Under the pieces are notes generated by a model. The model made no database searches, was not told where the DNA came from, and saw only the letters and a list, made by a program, of their open reading frames with translations. Made by a program: the position numbers and the translations under genes. Of a stretch of 64,000 nt of DNA, positions 47,701 through 54,488 are shown piece by piece. The stretch's first letter is position 1, and each line of letters begins with the position of its first letter. The DNA is from Ahrensia sp. (GTDB lineage: Bacteria; Pseudomonadota; Alphaproteobacteria; Rhizobiales; Rhizobiaceae): NCBI GenBank assembly GCA_002706335.1, contig PAKZ01000032.1, positions 97,466 to 161,465 of the forward strand, written 5' to 3'.

Positions 47701-49400
47701 TTCGCCGCGCCGCGGTAATACTTCAGCGACGCCGCAATATTCTGCGGCACGCCGTAGCCCTGCTCGTTCATCTGAGCGAGCCTCAGAAGAGCGAAGCTGC
47801 TGCCCTTGTCCGCCGCCGCCTGGAAGTGCTGCAGCGCGAGCGGCAGGTCTTTGCGTCCGTCGACGAACCCTTCCAGCAATAGCGTCGCAACAATCGCATT
47901 GGCCTGATGGCTGCCGTCGGCACGCAGTTGCGCGGAAACGGCCGGGTCGTCCGCCACCGCCTGCGCAAGCCCGACCGCCCTGTCGGCAAGGCTGATCGGG
48001 ACGCTGAAGTCGAGTGCGATCTGCTCGACAGTCGCCTTGTTGCCCTCCCCGGCCCACCACGGCTCGATATAGGTGTTCGCACCCAGCCCGCCTTCCGCCT
48101 CGGGAAAAAGCGATCCGTCGTCCCTTTCGCCCTCAGACTGAAGCAGGCCGGCCAGCGCCTCGCCCATGCCTTCCGGCAGTGTATCGGGAAGAACGCCGGC
48201 CACCGCAGCGCGCACCAGGGCGACATCGCCGCCGATCCAGCGTTCGGCGCGCTCATTGCCGAGGCCAACCAGATAGATGCCGACATCCGGCCGGCGCGGC
48301 AAGCCTTCGCCGTTGTAATAGTCGAGGCCGAGCCGGCTCAGCGCGGTCTTCCAGCGGCCTTCCTCATCGTCTTCGGGTATACCAGTCGCGGACCAAACTG
48401 CCTTGCGGGTCGCCGAAGCGATCGCCTCGATCGAAGCCAGATCCCCCGGCCAATCGGGAAGCGCTGCAAACACGGTTTTCAGAAACAGATAGATTTGATC
48501 GGGACCACTTTTACCGTCGTTTCCGTCCATCGCCGCCAATTGCCCTGAGCACGCGCCGAAGATCTCAGCGAGGCCGGCTTTCAGACGATCCAAATCGATA
48601 GTGTCCTCCGCACTCGCCAGCGCCGCAATTTGCCATCCGACCGGCGCCCAGACGGTTTCCGGAGCCTTGCCCGCCTGACAGGCCGCAAGCGTACGCAGCA
48701 ATATCTGCCCATCGAACGGTTTCGCCCGCGCCAGATCCGCAGCGCATAACGGGCCGCCCTGCCCGGCCGCTGCCAGCGCAAGAACATCGCCCGGCATCGG
48801 AAGCGTGCCCTCGTCCTTGGGTGCAAGGTCGGCCCGATCCGCCGCGCGGTTCCACGCCGTGACGCTACCCTTTCCGAAAAGCCCGTCAGCTTCGCCTGCT
48901 TCGCAGCCATGCAAATTGAGCATCGCCTGCGCCAAGCGCGATTGCGGCTGGTAATAGGCCCGAACCTCGACCTGCTTGCGCGTAATCTCGCCGAGCCCTT
49001 CGGATTCGATAACATCGATGAGCGGGCACACACCGTCGCCATACCGTTCGATATCGGCGCGAAGCCTCTGCAGCGCCGCCGCATTGGCCGCAAGCATGCG
49101 GTTGGCAAAGCCTAGCCCATCCTGCGCCTGTCCGATGGTCGAGCCAGACATCAGATAGTCGACAACATTCACGCCGGCCCGCCCGGCGAAATCGCCCACG
49201 CTGGATGTCGAATAGCTCGCCGCCACTGCGATGATCGTGTCGAGGTCGTAACTGGCGGCTTGGCCATAGTCGCCGGGACAGACAGCCGATTCCAGTGCCG
49301 CCCTCCAGTCTCCGACAGCATCCTGCGCTTGTCCCCGGAGCGTCGCGGCCCCCAAGACGAGAACCGCCACAGCGACGATGCCGACCAAACGCAAGAGCAT
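44733..49400 (-). CDS. Exported giant PG-binding / Sel1-TPR repeat CHAT-domain protease (third copy)
   Basis: Leader MLLRLVGIVAVAVLVLGAATLRGQA/Q. PG-binding-like LAQAMLNLHGCEAGEADGLFGKGSVTAWNRA. Sel1 repeats (AADKGSSFALLRLAQMNEQGYGVPQNIAASLKYYRGAAKLG...). CHAT motifs IVHLASHF and VLTLSACETA, then TLWPINDRST and HPYYWAPIVVLEG. Confidence 0.85.
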   Translation of the reverse strand: MLLRLVGIVAVAVLVLGAATLRGQAQDAVGDWRAALESAVCPGDYGQAASYDLDTIIAVAASYSTSSVGDFAGRAGVNVVDYLMSGSTIGQAQDGLGFANRMLAANAAALQRLRADIERYGDGVCPLIDVIESEGLGEITRKQVEVRAYYQPQSRLAQAMLNLHGCEAGEADGLFGKGSVTAWNRAADRADLAPKDEGTLPMPGDVLALAAAGQGGPLCAADLARAKPFDGQILLRTLAACQAGKAPETVWAPVGWQIAALASAEDTIDLDRLKAGLAEIFGACSGQLAAMDGNDGKSGPDQIYLFLKTVFAALPDWPGDLASIEAIASATRKAVWSATGIPEDDEEGRWKTALSRLGLDYYNGEGLPRRPDVGIYLVGLGNERAERWIGGDVALVRAAVAGVLPDTLPEGMGEALAGLLQSEGERDDGSLFPEAEGGLGANTYIEPWWAGEGNKATVEQIALDFSVPISLADRAVGLAQAVADDPAVSAQLRADGSHQANAIVATLLLEGFVDGRKDLPLALQHFQAAADKGSSFALLRLAQMNEQGYGVPQNIAASLKYYRGAAKLGQTAASLALARFHETGKHVPRDWDKALAYYRAGLRLDGEIGRLTNGAAGVFQGRLLNGSEFFSEGPGRALLDDAGKIIGASAGEEQDWTTRAAYVEFAITLGDAFAGLDGGPTVDLGKAAAWYRLADDEDANGKLTRILLAQPELQADENELARLTKGTLLGLYRYAPGTEAFKAAADEICQPAVQGFADCVEFHRVAALGGGEPDIVAYAYEWLAQAAASEEAELREQGRLPPYNESTRTRPAYAIAGWVDVLSYYGDYAGALESLRLVRALPADGEVGASRGAAFRRALARHLEGGPDEAWDPLERVLQMLAQRGDEAARALLELASTADEPRPDVSVDIGAARERFALAEGLSGNSMGLALSARQLAKLEADAGNRLRAVELELVALTADMARHAMTAVWNGNIEASLGRVCTLSKASERLYALDEAAMALTLAKRAVNELQDVRRRISGLPEHLQMCFRDTISDHYRWLADLFISQDRPAEASTVLGMLKSFETFEFLGRDTDFAGDAFATLEMNPAEEALSAKIDAVRPTVTALKIRRRELLLQRKSGELTGAEETELASLTDTLVASREEMEKELEGLIAASDAVHSTVVEDLARNVSSVRAHLRRAFDGKAAAIQYVVLPDRVGAILTTAVSERVFSWTEWEGAPFTEERLNAGIESLRKALQNPGTDPKPASKALHDLVLPGELMRELEDAGTQTLILSLDRRLRYVPFAALHDGEHYLVEDFDLTHATETRSVGGGGASPDRIAGFGTTNSWYGLSPLPGVADELSAIVREGGEDAQGVVDGTIHADADFTRDTMASALIFGEPDEPTLGIVHLASHFILGSSEDDSYLLLGDGDRLTVADIKDSFGMDLDFAEVGVLTLSACETAYGRREADGRELESFAAVAQQKGALEIVATLWPINDRSTAVFMQEFYKHQIDKGLSVASALAQVQRQFLRGEHKGASTDFRSAKSKQKGAGMTVPDERHPYYWAPIVVLEGTS

Positions 49401-49592
49401 GAACAGACCCCCGAATATTCACCGAGGCAATCTAGCAGCCAAAGCGGCAATGAAAAGGCGGTTCGCCACTCCCGATCCACGATCCTCCGTCCAATCCGGC
49501 ACCGGAACGCGCATGACGCCTCGAAACCGCGGCAAGACGACTTATCAGGATCGTTACCTTGATCGCGAGTAACCACATTCGCACATAAGTCC

Positions 49593-50525
49593 GTGAACAT
49601 TGCAGCGAAACGGCGGTGCGTCTTGAGTCTGTCCCAAAGCTTCACTCGGTGGCTTCTGTCGTTCAGAAGCAACAATTTCAAAACCGAAGCCATTCTCAGG
49701 AAACACGTTCAGGACATCGGCACACAAAACGTGCCGAACATCCCGGCGTCGTTGCGGTCCATGTGCGATGTGGAGGAGTTCCTGCTCCAGGACCAGAAGG
49801 TCGTCCAGCTGACGCCCAAGGGAAAGGCGTCACAAGACCATATCCTCTACATCCACGGCGGCGGCTATATTCACGAGTTGGCCTACGCCCATTGGTTGAT
49901 CATCACGCAGCTGGTGAAGCATACGAATGCGGCCGTAACGGTGCCCCTCTATGCCCTTGCGCCAGAACATGATCACACCAAAGCGACGCCCATGATGGAT
50001 GCGCTTTACGATCGGATCGCCGCCGGCCGCGAGCGAAAGAAGACCTTTGTCGCAGGCGACAGCGCGGGCGGCAACTTCGCCCTCGGTCTGGCGCTCCGCC
50101 GGCGCGATGCCGGCAAATCACTCCCGGACGGGCTTATTCTTTATTCTCCCTGGCTGGATTTCGAGCTCAAGGATAAAGCGATCCGTGACGTCGAACCTAA
50201 GGATGTCATGCTGGGTGTGGAGGGTGTTCTCTTATGCGGTAAGTGGTGGGCAGGCGATGCCGATCCCGCATCGCCGTATTTCAGCGTGATAAACGCAGAC
50301 CCGAAGGGTCTTCCCCCCATTGCCATCTTCCATGGGGATCTCGATCTCTTGGTTGTCGACGCACGCCGATTTGCGGGTCTTTGCATGTCGGCCGGGGTCA
50401 AGACCACCTATAGGGAATATCCAGGCGGGTTTCACGTCTTCATGGCGGCAACGTTCACGCCCGAGGCCCGTGATGTGTACCATCAGACAGAAGACTTCAT
50501 AAATCACGCAAATCTGCCAACGTAA
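49593..50525 (+). CDS. Alpha/beta hydrolase, hormone-sensitive-lipase (family IV) esterase type
   Basis: HGGGY oxyanion motif, GDSAGGN nucleophile elbow, C-terminal GGFHVF His. GTG start in the track, so the exact start is uncertain. Confidence 0.75.
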   Translation: MNIAAKRRCVLSLSQSFTRWLLSFRSNNFKTEAILRKHVQDIGTQNVPNIPASLRSMCDVEEFLLQDQKVVQLTPKGKASQDHILYIHGGGYIHELAYAHWLIITQLVKHTNAAVTVPLYALAPEHDHTKATPMMDALYDRIAAGRERKKTFVAGDSAGGNFALGLALRRRDAGKSLPDGLILYSPWLDFELKDKAIRDVEPKDVMLGVEGVLLCGKWWAGDADPASPYFSVINADPKGLPPIAIFHGDLDLLVVDARRFAGLCMSAGVKTTYREYPGGFHVFMAATFTPEARDVYHQTEDFINHANLPT

Positions 50526-51083
50526 ACTTCTGACAGATATAGGCAAACCCAAGGGGTGATCCAACAAAATGCCCGGATGAATGTCTAGTCGTATAGAGCA
50601 GCCTTGCCGATTTTACTCGGCGCTCGGATACCGGTTACCCATAGCCCATGAAAGGAAACTGGCTGAACGGCTGAACTTTGCCGGCGTGTGACCATCCACG
50701 AAAGAGGCAGAGTGCATGTCTCAAGTTGCGTGGACGGATTGGATCACGGCATATGTGACCTCAAATCTGTTCCAAAGTACGATCGTTCCTTCACGCGCCT
50801 TGTCCTGTAAGGCAAAGGAACGCCCTCACGCATCCAAGGAATGTGGACCCGGCAGATTGCGACTCCATCTGCGCGTTCGGCTTTACCAAACCCCTTCCCC
50901 AGGAAGACCCCACGGATCGTCCGACATGCCCTGCCGACTTCACCCAGTCGACGTATATGTCGGCAATCGGGGCATTAACCCAGTTTCAAAGGACGAATTT
51001 CCATCCGGCAACATTTCGCATAGTTCATGACGAAATAAGGGAGCGCTTCCCTCGAGGCCAATTTGCAACAGCGAAGAAACGCC

Positions 51084-52460
51084 ATGATGATCTTGGCATT
51101 AGCGCGTGTGCGCTTTCAGTCGATCTTTCCGTTGCTAATTGCCTACAGCACGTCTGGAGGCAGTCTGGTCGTCAGTTCTGCGGCCCAACTGCTGACATTC
51201 GCCATACTGGCAAAAACGCTGGGCGCGAACGAGTTCAGTCTCTTCGTCGGAATCATGGCCGTGTCTAGCATCGCGATTCACCTTTGCGGACTTGGCGGTG
51301 CCGAATCTCTTGTCCGACGCGTCGCCCGCGATCTGCAAATCTACCCAGCGCTTCTCGGACACAACATCATCCTGATCATAGCCAGCGGATCGGTTCTCGT
51401 TATTGGAGGATCAGTTGCGCTGAATTTCTTCTTCACATTGGCAGATAGCGTAGGGACGAACCTCGCCATCATCGCGGTGATGATGGTCACCAATGTTGTC
51501 CTGACCCGCTTCATCCTGCTGACCGAGCAGATTTTCATAGCGCATTCCGACTTCATTTCCGCCAACAAGGTCGTGGTCGGGTACGCAATGACCCGAACGG
51601 CTGCGGCTGCACTCGGCTGCCTGGTCTTCGGTGTGTCCAGCGTGGCTGAGTGGGCAGCCTGGCAGTTCGTCGCTCATGTTGTTGTTCTGCTAGCCTGTAT
51701 CCGCGCCATACGGCCGCTTGGTAAGCCGGAATTCCGGATTGTCCGGGAAGAGGTTCCGCTGGGCTTGTATTTCAGCGTACCTTTCATCCTTCGCGCGGTT
51801 CGGCAGAATGCCGACCTGCTTGTTCTCAGTCTCATGACGTCTGCAGAAATCGTAGCCAGCTATGGTATCGCGCGCCGCATGCTGGAAAGCAGCTATCTTG
51901 CTGTCGAAGCCGTTCACCGGCTGGTTTACCCTGGGTCCGCAAGGGCTGCGAAGTCAGGGCTGCATAATGCAATCCAGAGGGTCCGCAAGATCCTGCTCGC
52001 GGTATCGTCCATCAGTGTTGCCGCTGCGGTAACAGTATTCGTCTGCGCGCCGATCTTGCCCTATCTGTTCGGAGCCGAATACGTGTCCCTGGTCACTTTC
52101 GTGCGGTATCTGTGCTGGCTCGTTGTTCCGATTGCGCTTTGGTCGATCCCCATGGAGGCTGTCGGCGCGTCCGGTCATCAATCCGCGCGTGCGCTTGTCA
52201 TGGGAGTGGGCAGCGTTGCCGGTGCGGCGATTGCCGCATGCGCGACATGGTACGCTCCACCCACCGGCACGTTCGTCTCATTCTACTTCATTGAAATAGC
52301 GATGGTGATCGCGGCCTGGAGCATGTTCTTCAGGTTGGTGCGCCACGACAGGCGCGCAGAAGGTTTGCGGCAGCAGCCTCAGGAGGGCACACGATCAGAG
52401 GATGACACCCGAAATCACGCCGAAAAACGAGAAATGGAAATCGATCGGAAGATAAGATGA
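51084..52460 (+). CDS. Polysaccharide/oligosaccharide flippase (MOP superfamily, Wzx-like)
   Basis: About 458 aa with at least 12 TM helices. First ATG at 51084 (the track starts at TTG 51063). Heads a run of sugar-modification and glycosyltransferase genes. Confidence 0.6.
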   Translation: MMILALARVRFQSIFPLLIAYSTSGGSLVVSSAAQLLTFAILAKTLGANEFSLFVGIMAVSSIAIHLCGLGGAESLVRRVARDLQIYPALLGHNIILIIASGSVLVIGGSVALNFFFTLADSVGTNLAIIAVMMVTNVVLTRFILLTEQIFIAHSDFISANKVVVGYAMTRTAAAALGCLVFGVSSVAEWAAWQFVAHVVVLLACIRAIRPLGKPEFRIVREEVPLGLYFSVPFILRAVRQNADLLVLSLMTSAEIVASYGIARRMLESSYLAVEAVHRLVYPGSARAAKSGLHNAIQRVRKILLAVSSISVAAAVTVFVCAPILPYLFGAEYVSLVTFVRYLCWLVVPIALWSIPMEAVGASGHQSARALVMGVGSVAGAAIAACATWYAPPTGTFVSFYFIEIAMVIAAWSMFFRLVRHDRRAEGLRQQPQEGTRSEDDTRNHAEKREMEIDRKIR

Positions 52461-53176
52461 CAAATCTTGCTACAGAATCCGGCGACGCCGAGATCGGAAG
52501 CACCGCGAAGCTGCATCGTTTCATGGACATCGAACTTGAACTCGCGCCGGACGTTCTCATTCCGCGTCAGGAGACCGAGTTGTTGGGAAGGCGTGCCACG
52601 GACATCCTTCTCTCGAGCCCCAATCCACATCCGAAAGTCATCGATCTTTGTTGCGGATCCGGTAATCTCGCGCTTGCCATCGCCTCTCTGGTCCCGACAG
52701 CCCGTATGTGGGCATCAGACTACACGGAGCATTGTGTCGCTTTAGCAAAGCGCAATGCTGACAGACTGGGACTGGCAGACAGGATCACGGTCATGCAGGG
52801 GGACATGTTTTCCGCGCTAGCCGAGGAAGGTCTGCTTGGATGTGTCGACATGATTGTCTGCAATCCTCCCTATATTTCCACGTCTCGGCTTGAGGGTGAA
52901 AGCGCCCACCTGCTGGAAGAAGAGCCGCGCGAGGCATTTGATGGCGGACCATACGGCATCTCCATTCATCAAAGGCTGTTGACCGATGCAATACCATTCC
53001 TCAAGCCGGATGGCTGGCTCTTGTTCGAGTTCGGCGAAGGACAGGATCGACAAATCAAGGCGCTGGTGGCGCGGGCGCGGCGCTACGCACCGGTTTCATT
53101 CGCTTGCGATGGTGGTGGCCGGCCGCGCGTGGCGATCACGCGTATGCTGAACCGCAGCAGCGACGTACAGGGTTAA
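52457..53176 (+). CDS. HemK/PrmC-like class I SAM-dependent methyltransferase
   Basis: Motif I VIDLCCGSGNLA and motif IV CNPPYIS (NPPY). ATGA overlap with the flippase gene. Confidence 0.75.
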   Translation: MTNLATESGDAEIGSTAKLHRFMDIELELAPDVLIPRQETELLGRRATDILLSSPNPHPKVIDLCCGSGNLALAIASLVPTARMWASDYTEHCVALAKRNADRLGLADRITVMQGDMFSALAEEGLLGCVDMIVCNPPYISTSRLEGESAHLLEEEPREAFDGGPYGISIHQRLLTDAIPFLKPDGWLLFEFGEGQDRQIKALVARARRYAPVSFACDGGGRPRVAITRMLNRSSDVQG

Positions 53177-53186
53177 TTGCAAAGCC

Positions 53187-54299
53187 ATGAGCACGATCCG
53201 CGGCTTTATACACGCAGACGTCGAGCCGGTTGCACGCATGTTCATGCGTATCTATCGCCATTCCGACGCTGCAGCACCGGCACATCTCATCGACTATTTC
53301 CGGCTGCACTTCGTCGACGCGCCGGTATGCGATTCCGAGGTCCCGTCTCTTGTCCACGTCGAAGATGACGAGACCATTTCCGGCTTTCTTGGCGTAAACG
53401 TAATTACCATGCTCTGCGGCGCGAAGTCCCACCGGGCCGCGATCTGCGGCACCTTTATGGTCGAATCCCCCGAGAAGCGTCCGATGGCGGCCGCTCGCCT
53501 GATGAAGACCTTGATGGAGGGAAAGCAGGACCTCACTCTCAGCGAAACCACCAGCGAGAAGACCTCGCGGATGGTTACGCGTCTGGGAGCGGCTATCTTG
53601 CCGCAGTACAGCCTTGACTGGTTTCGCGTAATTCGGCCAGCCGGATTGCTGATCGAAACCGCATCGCAAAAACTCCCCCCGGCGCGCTGGCTTTCTCCGG
53701 CCGCCAAAGGCGTCGATGGCTTACTGCGAGGACGAGGGAGGGAAAGCGATCTGCGCTGGTCGATGGTAGGCGAAAGCGCACTCCCTACCAAGGGTTTCGA
53801 ACTCGCCGAAATCGACGTTTCCAAGTTCGTGGAGCACTTGGAACGCTTCACAAGACAATACGACATAAGGCCGGATTTTGCGGGCGACGGATTCGCCCAT
53901 GTAATCGGCGAAGGATTGGAAAAGCCGGACTACGGTAAACCCGTTGTCGCGGAGATCAACGCGCGCGGCGGCAAGCCGGTCGGAGCGGTCTTCTACCATG
54001 TTCGTCCGGGCGCCACCGCCCATGTTCTGCAGGTACTCGTGCAACCGGGCCAGGAAGGCGCAGTCCTCGACGCCCTCGTTCGCGATGCGGCTGAGCGAGG
54101 GGCCGTCGCCTTGCGCGGTCGCCTTCAACCGGCCTTGCTTGAACCGATGCTCGTGCGGCGCATTGCCTTGCTTCCGATCGCCTCGAGCATCGTTCAGTCG
54201 CGGACTCCGGCCTTCGTTAACGCATTCACGGAATCAAAAGGCTTCTTCAACGGCCTTGTCGGTGAAAAGTGGAGCCGCTTCTACGGCGGAAGCCTCTGA
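53187..54299 (+). CDS. Hypothetical protein, possibly a GNAT-fold acyltransferase
   Basis: 370 aa. The N-terminal IRGFIHADVEPVARMF... and an alternating beta/alpha pattern are reminiscent of GNAT/Eis-like proteins, but the canonical Q/RxxGxG motif is not evident. Confidence 0.35.
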   Translation: MSTIRGFIHADVEPVARMFMRIYRHSDAAAPAHLIDYFRLHFVDAPVCDSEVPSLVHVEDDETISGFLGVNVITMLCGAKSHRAAICGTFMVESPEKRPMAAARLMKTLMEGKQDLTLSETTSEKTSRMVTRLGAAILPQYSLDWFRVIRPAGLLIETASQKLPPARWLSPAAKGVDGLLRGRGRESDLRWSMVGESALPTKGFELAEIDVSKFVEHLERFTRQYDIRPDFAGDGFAHVIGEGLEKPDYGKPVVAEINARGGKPVGAVFYHVRPGATAHVLQVLVQPGQEGAVLDALVRDAAERGAVALRGRLQPALLEPMLVRRIALLPIASSIVQSRTPAFVNAFTESKGFFNGLVGEKWSRFYGGSL

Positions 54300-54488
54300 T
54301 GGGGTGGAAACAGGCCTTATAAAATCTTCCAACAATCATTCAAATTTGACTCACAACTTAAATAATAAAATTTTATATATTCACTATGATTTCCGTTATC
54401 CTAAGTTGAAATCAATATTTGTTTGTTTGTCGCTGTTTTAATGCCTTAATTGAGATACATGAAGCCTTTCTCATGCAGGGCGAAGTGA

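Noticed and set aside
23619-49400. Search for a gasdermin-like pore former, STAND/NACHT or other P-loop NTPase, TIR, nuclease or CRISPR-Cas partner of the caspase/CHAT genes
   Set aside because: No Walker A/B motifs and no repeat-spacer array were seen in any island ORF. I recognised no TIR or nuclease motif. The 155-330-aa candidates in the island core (31340, 32028, 44053) all have signal peptides rather than the cytoplasmic N-terminus with an early Cys expected of bacterial gasdermins. The island is therefore not an instance of those known systems.
50716-51268. 104-aa and 141-aa plus-strand ORFs in the low-GC spacer
   Set aside because: They have no ribosome-binding site, no motifs and mutually overlapping frames. 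The second runs into the flippase gene out of frame. They are treated as non-coding.
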